DNA of 64,000 nt, taken from Myxococcota bacterium (GTDB lineage Bacteria > Myxococcota_A > SURF-8). The notes under the pieces are model-generated. The model searched no databases, was not told the DNA's origin, and saw nothing but the letters and a program-made list of their open reading frames with translations. The position numbers and the translations under genes are program-made. Each line of letters begins with the position of its first letter. Position 1 is the first letter of the stretch. The DNA lies in the NCBI GenBank assembly GCA_963674735.2, contig CAXXQS010000003.1, positions 132,174-196,173 of the forward strand. Reading direction: 5' to 3'. Shown in pieces: positions 47,463 to 56,572 of this stretch.

Positions 47463-48598
47463 CGGTGAAAACGCAAAAAACCAAGCACATTTTCGTTACG
47501 GGCATACCCACCTTCACGGCGGTACGGCTGATCAAGGAATTGGCCGAACGCGATCAGAATGCCCGGCTGCACATTCTGTTGATGGAAAAATTCATTCCGC
47601 TGGCCGAGCGTCTGATTAAAAAGCTGAAACCGGCGGCGCGCAAACGCATCCAGCTTTATACCGGCGATGTCACGTTTCTCGATCTCGGCTTGTCTGGCCA
47701 GGAATACAGCCGTCTGGCGGAGTGCATCACCCACATTTTTCATCTGGCGGCTATCTGGGAATACGGTGTTCCGGCCCCCATCAGCGAGCATGTCAACATC
47801 ATCGGTGTGCGCCATATTCTGGAATTCGCCGCAGATTGCAAGAAGTTGAAGCGCTTTTACCATTTCTCGACGATTTACGTGTCGGGCGATCGCCAGGGCG
47901 TGATCAAAGAAGACGAATTCGATTTGGGGCAAGGGTTCAAAAACAGCCTGGAGCGCACCCGTTTCGAGGGCGAAAAGCTGCTGCGCCGGGCCATGGCGGA
48001 CGGGCTGCCGGCGGTGGTGTTCCGGTTGGGAAATGTGGTCAGCGACAGCGCCACCGGCGAATTCATGAAGTTCGAGGGGCCGTATATCTTCTTGCAGATG
48101 CTGCTCACCACCGACCGCAATCTGCCGTTTTTCCTGCCGGGCCCGTGCGAAGGCCCCTCCAACCTTGCGCCGGTGGATTACGTGGTGGAGGCCTGCCTGG
48201 CCATTTACGAGCAGCCGGGGATCGTGGGACGCACCTATCACATTACCGATCCCTTCCCCATGGCGGCGCGTTCCGTCTTTACCGCGGTGTGTTCCTATCT
48301 CGGGCGCAAAGCCCCGACTTTCGGCATTCCCCGCTCGTTGTACAAAGCGGTGTTTCTCATTCCGGGCATGGAACGTTATGCGGGGGTTCCAAAGGAGTTT
48401 TTCAATTATTTCAACCATAAAGCCGTGCATAACTGTTCGACGACGCTGGATGCTCTGAAAGGTTCGGGCATCAGTTGTCCGCGCTTCGAAAGCTATTTCC
48501 CCATCAGCGTCGAATTTGCCCGCGATTATCTCAAGCGCCAGTTGGACCGCAAGGAAGAAGAACAGACCTTCGATCCCTTCGATTATCCCGCGCTTTAG
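47459..48598 (+). CDS. SDR / NAD-binding epimerase-dehydratase family, thioester(acyl)-reductase-like
   Basis: ATGA overlap with coaE. 'IFVTGIPTFTAVRL' Rossmann fold and 'HLAAIWEYG'. The layout resembles NAD_binding_4 reductases. Confidence 0.75.
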   Translation: MTVKTQKTKHIFVTGIPTFTAVRLIKELAERDQNARLHILLMEKFIPLAERLIKKLKPAARKRIQLYTGDVTFLDLGLSGQEYSRLAECITHIFHLAAIWEYGVPAPISEHVNIIGVRHILEFAADCKKLKRFYHFSTIYVSGDRQGVIKEDEFDLGQGFKNSLERTRFEGEKLLRRAMADGLPAVVFRLGNVVSDSATGEFMKFEGPYIFLQMLLTTDRNLPFFLPGPCEGPSNLAPVDYVVEACLAIYEQPGIVGRTYHITDPFPMAARSVFTAVCSYLGRKAPTFGIPRSLYKAVFLIPGMERYAGVPKEFFNYFNHKAVHNCSTTLDALKGSGISCPRFESYFPISVEFARDYLKRQLDRKEEEQTFDPFDYPAL

Positions 48599-48775
48599 CC
48601 CGAGATATCCATGCGACCCATGGTTTTCGGAATTTTTACACGCCGAAGCGGACCCAATTAAAGAAGAGGCTTTACGGGGGATCTTGTTTTTATTTGAATC
48701 CGATCGCCCCGCGTCGGCACTCATCTAAATCGGACCGGCTCGCACCGGCCATCGTTCGCAGGGAAAGGACAGGCC

Positions 48776-49180
48776 ATGAAACGTATCCGCGATATCCAGC
48801 CCGGCGACAGCCTGACGCTGACACGCGTGATCGACCGCTATCGCCCGATGATTTACGGCGCGGTGGGCAACGACCTCAATCCCATCCACATCGATCCCGA
48901 CTTCGCACGCGAGGCGGGTTTGGGCGGCAATATCCTGCACGGCATGTGCACCTACGCCATGGCCCTCTCGGCCGTCACCCGGTTTGTGGGCGACCCGGCG
49001 CGGGTGGTGGGATCGAGCGGACGCTTTTCCTGCATGGTGCGTCCGGGCGACACGCTTTCTTTGACGGCCACGGTGGCGTCGATCGACGGGCGGCGGGTGC
49101 GTTTCGATCTGGATGCGCGCAACCAAAAAGGCGAAGCGGTGTTGACCGGCGCTTTCGCCGAAGCCGAACTGGACGCCTGA
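48776..49180 (+). CDS. MaoC-like (R)-specific enoyl-CoA hydratase/dehydratase
   Basis: Hot-dog motif 'GNDLNPIHIDPDFAREAGLGGNILHGM'. Confidence 0.85.
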   Translation: MKRIRDIQPGDSLTLTRVIDRYRPMIYGAVGNDLNPIHIDPDFAREAGLGGNILHGMCTYAMALSAVTRFVGDPARVVGSSGRFSCMVRPGDTLSLTATVASIDGRRVRFDLDARNQKGEAVLTGAFAEAELDA

Positions 49181-49190
49181 GGAGGACACC

Positions 49191-49628
49191 ATGGGAATCG
49201 ATTTCAGCCAGGAAGGCCTGAAGCTCGGACCGTACCGCTACACGGCCGGGATCGAGTGGATGAAAAGCTTCGCGCGCGCCATCGGCGACGACGATCCGCT
49301 CTACCTCGACGACGCGGCGGGCCGCGAGTCGGAACATGGCGCCTGCATCGCGCCGCCCACGTTTTGCGTCAACTTCAACATGCAGCCCTTCAAGGACTCC
49401 GTTTTCGGCGACGTGCTGGGCGTCGATTACGCCAAGCTGTTACACGGCGAGCAGACCTTCGAATTCCACCGCCCGGTGAAAGACGGCGACCGCCTGGTCA
49501 CCGAGGGCGTGGTGGAACGCATGTGGGAGAAGGGCGCGCTCGACTTCTATACCATCCGCGCCGACACGAAACTCGACACGGGCGAGCCGGTCGTCACCGG
49601 CTGGTACACCGCCGTGGTGCGGAAGTAG
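49191..49628 (+). CDS. MaoC N-terminal-type hot-dog protein (HadA-like partner subunit)
   Basis: 145 aa, 10 nt after the MaoC gene. 'FARAIGDDDPLYLD...IAPPTFCV' is typical of the non-catalytic dehydratase subunit. Confidence 0.7.
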   Translation: MGIDFSQEGLKLGPYRYTAGIEWMKSFARAIGDDDPLYLDDAAGRESEHGACIAPPTFCVNFNMQPFKDSVFGDVLGVDYAKLLHGEQTFEFHRPVKDGDRLVTEGVVERMWEKGALDFYTIRADTKLDTGEPVVTGWYTAVVRK

Positions 49629-49699
49629 GGGGGAGGCTGTGGGAGACCCGGGCACGTTTCCATTGTGGTTGAGAATTCACTTGATTTCGATAACGGTTG

Positions 49700-50248
49700 C
49701 TACTCTTCTTCAAGTTGGCTGTCGCTATTTGCCAGTTGTTTGGTTTCTTCTTCTCTTTCTGGCTGAATTTTCAAAGTCGGTAAAGGCGGTAGGCTAAGTT
49801 TCATATGGCCCGCAAGATTTGTAATTTCCTGGCGAAGATAGGGCATGCAGATGTAAGGGCCATTCAACTTGGCAAAGGCTTTCAACCCAATTTCACGGAT
49901 TTCTTTCGGAATTTCTCCTGGAGGCATGTCGAACTCGGCAGAAAACTCGACTTCGATCCGAAGGACCATCAATTCTTGTTCTCGCTCAGGAGTGATTTCT
50001 TCATCTCCATCATCAATAATGCCTGTTACAACAATAGCGGATCGAATTAATAGCATATTTGATGCAGTTATCTCATGCACTCCTGCAGGATTACTGTACT
50101 TGACCTTGATTGGCTGATCTCGGTCTGGAAGCTGATCAAAGCGATTCCAAGCCTGCAAGTTGGTCAGATAAACCTCTCGTAGTTCAACCTGAGAGGATAC
50201 CTGCCCTGCAGAGGCCATTTCTTGCTTTGTCCCCTTAAGGATAATCAT
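49700..50248 (-). CDS. SecB-like chaperone (third gene of a toxin-antitoxin-chaperone module)
   Basis: 182 aa with the SD 'aggaga' 8 nt upstream. The core 'LRIEVEFSAEF...GLKAFAKLNGPYICMPYLRQEITNLAGHMKLSLPPLP' parallels E. coli SecB '...[32 protein letters not shown]'. Acidic C-terminal tail. Confidence 0.7.
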   Translation of the reverse strand: MIILKGTKQEMASAGQVSSQVELREVYLTNLQAWNRFDQLPDRDQPIKVKYSNPAGVHEITASNMLLIRSAIVVTGIIDDGDEEITPEREQELMVLRIEVEFSAEFDMPPGEIPKEIREIGLKAFAKLNGPYICMPYLRQEITNLAGHMKLSLPPLPTLKIQPEREEETKQLANSDSQLEEE

Positions 50249-50260
50249 ACTATTTATCTC

Positions 50261-50800
50261 CTAAGCAGCTTGGGAATAATCATCTTTCCCATCATGCGGA
50301 TTTATTTTCCATTTTTCACCGGAGATATTTCGTTCCTTTTCTATTTTGACAGATCGTGCTTTATGCTTAACCGTTTGCTCCAGGTCTTGCATATCCAGAC
50401 TGAGATTAATACGCCGTTCGCATTGCGAACAGAGATCCCTAATCGCCTGTATATCGCCGAAATTGTGGGGCTTTCCGTGAATATCCCAAAGCTGAACGAA
50501 AGCATCGGCATAGACAGGGGGTTTCTGGTAATTTGGATCCTTGTCATCGTAAAGGATTACCGATGGCTTCATTTCTACAGCATGCGCCCACTCAACCATG
50601 CTTTGAAGTGTGAAATTACCCGGATTATTAATGACTTGGCTGATGCGACCTTCGGTCACGCCGAGTTTCTGTGCAAGTTTTTTTTGAGTGATGTTTTTCA
50701 GCTTCATCCGATGGCTAAGCGAAGTAACAAAGTCGAAGGTGATTTGATATCGAAACGACTTGAGATCGTTGGGCCATTGTATTTGTTGGTTATTACTCAT
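50261..50800 (-). CDS. HTH XRE-family antitoxin with long C-terminal extension
   Basis: SD 'aggagg' 7 nt upstream. HTH 'ITQKKLAQKLGVTEGRISQVINNPGNFTLQSM'. About 90 extra C-terminal residues, consistent with a chaperone-addiction segment. Confidence 0.75.
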   Translation of the reverse strand: MSNNQQIQWPNDLKSFRYQITFDFVTSLSHRMKLKNITQKKLAQKLGVTEGRISQVINNPGNFTLQSMVEWAHAVEMKPSVILYDDKDPNYQKPPVYADAFVQLWDIHGKPHNFGDIQAIRDLCSQCERRINLSLDMQDLEQTVKHKARSVKIEKERNISGEKWKINPHDGKDDYSQAA

Positions 50801-50814
50801 TTTTACTCCTCCTG

Positions 50815-51273
50815 TTATGTACTCCGACCGTAGCCGTAAGTAAAATCTTTAATGGCGGAGATTACAGCTGGATTCTCAGATAGTTTTGCTACCTTTTTTA
50901 ATACTGTTTCATCAGTTCGCCATTGGTGCTTTTCAAAAACATGCACACCGACAAATAATTGGAATCTATTGTTTCCTTCTAAGGGGTTACACAAGAAACC
51001 GTATAGGCGGTGTGAGCCAATTTCGAATTGGTAGCACATTGCGTATTTACCGTTGTATTCTGATTGATCATATCCATGGCAGAATTTCATGTTTTGCCCC
51101 GTTGCCCATCCCGAAATCCAAAACTGTATTTTACGCTGCAACTGGGTTTTGAAATTATCTCCAAATTTGTTTATCTCGCCTGTCACATTTACAAATGAGT
51201 CAGTCGAAGTTCCTAAAATGCCTACTCCTCTGTTAGTCGAATTGTTACAGCCTGGAACTTCAAACAGTTTCAT
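50815..51273 (-). CDS. candidate toxin, HigB/Gp49 (RelE superfamily)-like C-terminal half with N-terminal extension
   Basis: 152 aa, first gene of the cassette, with the SD 'aaggagag'. 'SHRLYGFLC...FQLFVGVHVFEKHQWRTDETVLKKV' follows the [YF]R[VIL]xF...hhhhxxFxKxxQKTP pattern of HigB/Gp49 toxins. The match was made by eye only. Confidence 0.55.
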   Translation of the reverse strand: MKLFEVPGCNNSTNRGVGILGTSTDSFVNVTGEINKFGDNFKTQLQRKIQFWISGWATGQNMKFCHGYDQSEYNGKYAMCYQFEIGSHRLYGFLCNPLEGNNRFQLFVGVHVFEKHQWRTDETVLKKVAKLSENPAVISAIKDFTYGYGRST

Positions 51274-51323
51274 GCTTAGTTAATCTCTCCTTACATTCTC
51301 CATTATCATGTTCGCTATAGTTG

Positions 51324-51353
51324 ACTTTATCTGTAGCTAAAGCTGACTGTCAA
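51324..51353 (-). promoter_or_regulatory. sigma70-like promoter of the TAC cassette with overlapping imperfect palindrome
   Basis: On the minus strand: TTGACA (51353-51348), an 18-nt spacer, then TAAAGT (51329-51324). The imperfect inverted repeat gctatag...ctgtagc (51314-51337) spans the -10, a candidate antitoxin operator. Confidence 0.5.
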
Positions 51354-51449
51354 GTTTTTTCTACTATACTTAGATGTGGAATTGGAAGATTTGATAATGG
51401 AAATATGTATTTGGCTAGTTAGGAAACTGTTGTCTTCCCTTCCCCCTTC

Positions 51450-52229
51450 TCACCCCTCCAAAAAATCGAACCGTTTGGCGCCGCAGCAGGGGCATTCGGG
51501 GACGGGCGTCGCGGGCAGGCGCAGGGCGCGCCAGTGGCCGGTCCACACGTCGAAGGTGACCAGCCGTGGGGGCGGCATGTGTTCGGGGTCGACGATCAGG
51601 CGTAAGGCCGCCGTGGCTTGCAGTGCACAGGCCAGCCCGACTACCGTTCCCAACACGCCGCGCTGTGCGGGATCGGGCAATTGACCGGCGTCGGGCGGAT
51701 CGGGAAAGACGCAGCGCAGACAGGGCGTTTGCCCGGGACACACCGCCAGCACCTGGCCTTCGGTCCCCACCACACCCGCATGCACCCACGACAAGCCGAG
51801 CTTGACCGCCGCGTCGTTGAGCCGATAGCGCGTAGGCATGGCGTCCGTGCCGTCGATGAGCACGTCGAAGCCGTCCAACAAGTCGAGGGCGTTGGCGGCT
51901 TCGAGGCTTTGCGTTTGGGCGTCGATGAGGCAGGCCGAGTTGATGGCGCGTAGATGGACGGCCAGGGCTTCGGCCTTGAATGCGCCGGTTGACGCATCGG
52001 TTTCGGTGAACAGGGACTGGCGCGGCAGGTTGGAAAGCTCCACCCGATCGGGATCGATGAGCCGAATGTGTCCTACCCCCGCGCGCACGAGGCGTTCGGC
52101 CGTTCCCGAACCCAATGCGCCGCCGCCCACGATGACCACCGACGCCTGCGCCAGCCGTTCCTGTCCGGTTTCGCCGATTTCATTCAAGGCGATCTGGCGT
52201 TGGTAGCGTTCGCGAATGTGGGCGTCCAT
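51450..52229 (-). CDS. ThiF/MoeB/HesA family adenylyltransferase
   Basis: ATG at 52229 (MDAHIRERYQRQIAL). 'VVIVGGGALGSGTAERL', 'DPDRVELSNLPRQ', and CxxC pairs 'CLRC' / 'CPCC'. Confidence 0.85.
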   Translation of the reverse strand: MDAHIRERYQRQIALNEIGETGQERLAQASVVIVGGGALGSGTAERLVRAGVGHIRLIDPDRVELSNLPRQSLFTETDASTGAFKAEALAVHLRAINSACLIDAQTQSLEAANALDLLDGFDVLIDGTDAMPTRYRLNDAAVKLGLSWVHAGVVGTEGQVLAVCPGQTPCLRCVFPDPPDAGQLPDPAQRGVLGTVVGLACALQATAALRLIVDPEHMPPPRLVTFDVWTGHWRALRLPATPVPECPCCGAKRFDFLEG

Positions 52230-52258
52230 GGCGATCTCCCGAAATAGGCCTCTTCCGG

Positions 52259-52600
52259 TCAGTATAACACAAACGGCAGCGCAGCCAATCCGGCCGCGAA
52301 AAGCGCGAACAACAACGAATCGACAAGCAAGGAGGCGCGTCGGTTGACGAACACCAGCAGAACCACGTAGACCAAACAGGCCGCGAAACCGCCCATGGCC
52401 TGACTGAGAAGGATGTTCATGAATACGGCGAATGCGGCGGGCCCGCCCTGCGGAACGGCTTCGGCCACGCGCGCTTCCCCGATGAGATTCCATATACTGG
52501 GGCCCACGAACGCGAGCAGCAGCCCGAGGATCAGTCGCCGCGCCCAGACGAAAATCCCGGCGGGAGGCACCCCCGCCGGTGATGACGTCGAATCAGTCAT
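52259..52600 (-). CDS. hypothetical membrane protein (3 predicted TM helices)
   Basis: 113 aa. It overlaps the upstream synthetase stop by 8 nt. Hydrophobic segments are 'LILGLLLAFVG', 'FAACLVYVVLLVFV' and 'LLFALFAAGLAALPF'. Confidence 0.5.
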   Translation of the reverse strand: MTDSTSSPAGVPPAGIFVWARRLILGLLLAFVGPSIWNLIGEARVAEAVPQGGPAAFAVFMNILLSQAMGGFAACLVYVVLLVFVNRRASLLVDSLLFALFAAGLAALPFVLY

Positions 52601-54791
52601 GCGATTCCAACGGCTGTACGATGGCCGCCGCGTCCAGCGCCAGCACGCCCGATTCGTACAGCGAAAGCGGGTTGATATCGAATTCCCGAATCTCCGGGAA
52701 ATGCGTCGGAATATGGCTCAGCCGCACCAGCAGGTCCACCAGCGCCGCGCGGTCGAGCGCCGGGCGTCCGCGGAAAGGTGCGATGAGTTTTTTGATGCGC
52801 GTCGCTTCGATCAGACGCTCCGCCTGAGCGGGGGTGATGGGCGCGGGCAGGTAGGCGACATCGCGCCAGACCTCGGTTTCGATACCGCCCTTGCCGAAGA
52901 CCACGATGGGGCCGAAGGTCGAGTCGGTTTGCAGACCCGCCAGCAGTTCCACCGGGGCGCGATCCGCCATCTTCTGCACCAGTACGCGTCCCTGCTTGAG
53001 CAGACGCGCGGCCTGTTCGCGGACCGCCGCCGCGTCGCGGAGGTCGAGCACCACGCCGCCCGCTTCGGTTTTATGCAGGATCTCGGGATTGGAAAGCTTG
53101 AGCGCCACCGGGTAGCCGATCTGCTCCGCTGCTTGGACGGCTTGGTCGATGTCGTCCACCTCGGCTTCGGGGGGACACGCGATGCCCATGGCCGCCAGGA
53201 CGGCTTTGCCTTCATGCTCGGTGAGTTGGCCGTGGGCGCGCGTCAAACCCGCCTGCACCGCCGCCTGCGCCTCGGACAGTCGAGTATCGTCGGGCAGTGG
53301 AACAGCCGGAGCCGGGGCGTCGATGCGTTCCAGGAAGGCCTTGCGTTCGAGAAGGGCGCTTAGCGCATGGGCGGCCTGCCACGGGGCGTTATGCACGAAA
53401 ATTCCTTGGGCTTCCAGCATCTTGACGATGTTGTTGTCGGTGCTCATGTCGCGCGCCACCAGGTCGGCCACCGGCAGGAAAGGCTTCTTGCAGCGGGTGC
53501 TCAATTCGATGATGCGTTCGGTGAGATTGCGTTCCAGGTTGATGACGTAATCGCCCAGCGCTTCGTATTCGGGTTTATAGCCGGGCCCTTTTTGCTTGTA
53601 GCGGCTGCCGCCGTAGGCCAGATAACCGGCCCCGAGATAAATCACGCTGTCGAATCCGTCCGACTCCATCAGCAGCGTCAGCGCTTTGCCCAGCATGGCG
53701 ATATCCAGGGTGGCGACCGTGTCCACCGGGTTGCCCTTGCTCCAGTAATCGGGCAGCATGGCGTCCAATTCCTCATAGACATCCTTGGGCAGCTCGGGCA
53801 TGCCGACGCCATAGCGTTCGCAGGCATCGGTGGCCAGAACGCCCCAGCCGCCGCCCAGGGTGAGTACGCCGGTACGGTTGCCCTTGGGTAGGGGATGGGA
53901 ATGCAGCGCGCCGATGATGTTGATCATTTCGTCCATCGAGTCGCTGCAAACCACGCCGACTTCCCGCATGGCGGCGGTGAAAACGTCGTGGGAGCCGGAG
54001 AGCGCCGCCGTGTGCGACTGGGCGGCTTTGGCCCCCAGCTTGCCGCGTCCACCTTTAAGCAGCAGCACCGGTTTTTTGCGGGCGGCCGCTTCGGCGGTGG
54101 CCAGAAAACGGCGGCCGTCGTCGATCCCTTCGAGATAGATCACGATGATGTCGGTTTTGGGGTCGTCGGTGAGGGCTTCCAGGTAATCGGTGATGGTGAT
54201 GTCGGCCTGATTGCCGGTGCTGAAGGCGCGGCTGATGCCGATATTGCGCCGCATCAGGCGGGTCATGAGCGAGGTGCCCAGATTGCCGCTTTGCACGATG
54301 ACGCCCACCGGGCCGGGGGTCGGCACGACGGAGGCCATCATGGAACATAGGCGATCGGGATAGCCGGTGAAAATACCCATGCTGTTGGGACCGACGAAAT
54401 GGGCTCCGACGGCGCGCGTGGCCGCCACCAGGTCGTCTTGCAGCTTGCGGCCTTCTTCGCCTGTTTCGGCAAAGCCCGAGGTGATGACCACCAGGGCGCG
54501 GATGCCCTTGGCCAGACAATCGTCCACGGTGGCGCGGACGTATTTGGCGGGTACGACGATCACCGCGATATCGGGAATGCCTTCGATTTCATCGAGGCTT
54601 TTTTTGCACGGCAGATCGAAAACCTTGTCGCGCTTGGGATTGATCAGGTGCAACTCGCCGGAGTAGCCGCCTTGAAAAATGTGCATCAGGATGGTGAAAC
54701 CCCATTTTCCGGGGGTATCGGTGGCACCGATGAAGGCCACGCTGCGCGGCTCGAACAATTTGTCGAATACGGTTCTTAAATTCGCGTCCAT
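52593..54791 (-). CDS. ADP-forming acetyl/acyl-CoA synthetase (fused alpha-beta, NDP-forming family)
   Basis: 732 aa. CoA-binding 'PRSVAFIGATDTPGKWG', a succinyl-CoA-ligase-like domain with the phospho-His loop 'AQSHTAALSG', and a C-terminal ATP-grasp. Confidence 0.9.
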   Translation of the reverse strand: MDANLRTVFDKLFEPRSVAFIGATDTPGKWGFTILMHIFQGGYSGELHLINPKRDKVFDLPCKKSLDEIEGIPDIAVIVVPAKYVRATVDDCLAKGIRALVVITSGFAETGEEGRKLQDDLVAATRAVGAHFVGPNSMGIFTGYPDRLCSMMASVVPTPGPVGVIVQSGNLGTSLMTRLMRRNIGISRAFSTGNQADITITDYLEALTDDPKTDIIVIYLEGIDDGRRFLATAEAAARKKPVLLLKGGRGKLGAKAAQSHTAALSGSHDVFTAAMREVGVVCSDSMDEMINIIGALHSHPLPKGNRTGVLTLGGGWGVLATDACERYGVGMPELPKDVYEELDAMLPDYWSKGNPVDTVATLDIAMLGKALTLLMESDGFDSVIYLGAGYLAYGGSRYKQKGPGYKPEYEALGDYVINLERNLTERIIELSTRCKKPFLPVADLVARDMSTDNNIVKMLEAQGIFVHNAPWQAAHALSALLERKAFLERIDAPAPAVPLPDDTRLSEAQAAVQAGLTRAHGQLTEHEGKAVLAAMGIACPPEAEVDDIDQAVQAAEQIGYPVALKLSNPEILHKTEAGGVVLDLRDAAAVREQAARLLKQGRVLVQKMADRAPVELLAGLQTDSTFGPIVVFGKGGIETEVWRDVAYLPAPITPAQAERLIEATRIKKLIAPFRGRPALDRAALVDLLVRLSHIPTHFPEIREFDINPLSLYESGVLALDAAAIVQPLESHD

Positions 54792-54896
54792 TGGGTACGT
54801 CCTCGCGTTGGGTGTGCGTCAGATTCAGATTGACTTATCACAGCATTCGCATCAATTTTCCCGATTCAACACCGGGCGGACGAGAACCTACCCTTG

Positions 54897-56510
54897 TTAA
54901 CGCTCTGTGTCAACGGATTCAGCTTGTAAATGCAACAGTTCGCGCAAAATATCGGGCGAAGCGGGCAGGCGTGGGGGGATGCTGCGCAACGACCACATCA
55001 CCCAGTCGTCGATCTTCCGCTCGGCCGGTGGCGTGCGGGCGAAGTCGATCAGTCCGGCGGCGGTTGCGGTGACGATTTCATGAACGGGCATGCTTTCGCC
55101 TTCTTTGGCGAGCTTGCTGAACGACCAGGCCAGCACGCGGCCGTCCGGGTAGCTTAGTTGAATGAGCAGACCCATTTCCAGCGGCGAGGTGCTTTGCGCA
55201 CTGACCGGCTCGATGGGAGCCATCATGAAAGAGGGCGGTTTGGGATCGGTCGGCAGCGGGGCTCCGGCGTAACCGGCCTGCAAAACGAAGGTCAAGCCGG
55301 GGGGCGGTTCGTTGGCGGCGGGATCGGCCCAATCCCAGCGGATTCCCGCTGCCGTCAACTCGGTTTCCAAACTTTCCCGGATGGTTGTTTCCAGGGCTTC
55401 GTCGCGCATCTGTGGTGGCATGAAAACCGGTTTGATGTACAGCGTGGCCCGACGAAGGGCGGCCTGCCAGGCTTCGCAGGTATAGGGTACCGAGGGTCCG
55501 TCGCTGGGGAAAACGGCCATTTCCAGCAACCGGACGCCACAGAGACCGAAACTTTCATTGTTTGTGGATTGGGTTTTCAAATTTTGCTTGATTTCCCGTT
55601 TCAACTTGGCTTCCAGATTTTTCACCTGGCGCTTACAGGTTTTGTTTTGCAAGTGATTGGCACAGAGCCGGTAGGCGTTTCGCGCCGCAACGAGATGGTC
55701 GGCACGGGCTTCTTTCTTGCCGAGATCCATCATGAATTTCAGCAGGTTTCTCCTGAGTTGGGCCGATTCCTTCTTGACCTTGCGTGACTTGGGGGCCAGG
55801 TCGAGCGCCATGGCGAGATGACTGAGCGATTCCAGAATATCGCCTCGCGTGAGGAAGGTTGTGCCTTGGGTGAGGTGCGCGAGGGCGTCCTGTTCGTTCT
55901 TCCTGGCTTTGGCGCGTTTGAGGCCGGTGGCGAGGGTCTTGTCGTTGGGCCACTTGGCGATGGCTGCCGTATAGTGGGTGACGGCCGTTCCCCAATCGCC
56001 CGATTGTTCGGCGCTAAAGGCTTGTTCACACAGGGAAATCACGTCAAGTCCGGTTTGCACGGTGTTGTCCCGGTCGCGATTGATCGTGCGGCTTTTTTCC
56101 AGCGTCTGGCGGGCCAGATCGAAACGTCCGTTCCGGATATGCCGGAGGGTATCGCGTTCATACTGTTTCACTTTCAGCCTGCGCTGGCGGATGTCGGAGA
56201 TGTGGGCGCGCACGATATCGACCATGATATTTTGGTCCAGCAGGCTGCGGAAACGCGCTTCGGCCGCATCGAGACGATTGAGGGCCAATTGCTCGGCCCC
56301 GTCGAAATACGTGTTGATATAGCCGACATATTTCAAGGACTTGGCGTTTGCGGAGTCGTAAGCCAAGGCTTTCTTAAACAACTCCTGGGCATGTTCGAAA
56401 TGATTGTTGCGGAAAGATTGAATGCCCTTGTCGGCGTTGATGGCGGCCCGTTTGCGTGCGGCATGGATACGAATTTCGAGTTGGCGCGAGGTATATTTCA
56501 TCATGGTCAA
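54897..56510 (-). CDS. TPR-like repeat protein with unknown C-terminal domain
   Basis: 537 aa. The N-terminal two-thirds is helical-repeat-like ('FEHAQELFKKALAYDSANAKSLKYVGY', 'WGTAVTHYTAAIAKWPNDK'). The C-terminal ~200 aa has no recognisable motif. Confidence 0.6.
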   Translation of the reverse strand: MTMMKYTSRQLEIRIHAARKRAAINADKGIQSFRNNHFEHAQELFKKALAYDSANAKSLKYVGYINTYFDGAEQLALNRLDAAEARFRSLLDQNIMVDIVRAHISDIRQRRLKVKQYERDTLRHIRNGRFDLARQTLEKSRTINRDRDNTVQTGLDVISLCEQAFSAEQSGDWGTAVTHYTAAIAKWPNDKTLATGLKRAKARKNEQDALAHLTQGTTFLTRGDILESLSHLAMALDLAPKSRKVKKESAQLRRNLLKFMMDLGKKEARADHLVAARNAYRLCANHLQNKTCKRQVKNLEAKLKREIKQNLKTQSTNNESFGLCGVRLLEMAVFPSDGPSVPYTCEAWQAALRRATLYIKPVFMPPQMRDEALETTIRESLETELTAAGIRWDWADPAANEPPPGLTFVLQAGYAGAPLPTDPKPPSFMMAPIEPVSAQSTSPLEMGLLIQLSYPDGRVLAWSFSKLAKEGESMPVHEIVTATAAGLIDFARTPPAERKIDDWVMWSLRSIPPRLPASPDILRELLHLQAESVDTER

Positions 56511-56572
56511 GATTTCGGAACTGCGAACCCGATATTTCGCCAGAGCCTCTTCCTGCTCCTTGTTTTTCTGGT

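Noticed and set aside
51450-52229. ThiF/E1-like gene next to the TA cassette as part of a ubiquitin-like or CBASS/Bil-type defence system
   Set aside because: No E2, JAB/deubiquitinase, ubiquitin-like, cyclase or effector gene is adjacent. The neighbours are a small membrane protein and an acyl-CoA synthetase. The sequence looks like an ordinary MoeB/ThiF with the usual CxxC pairs.
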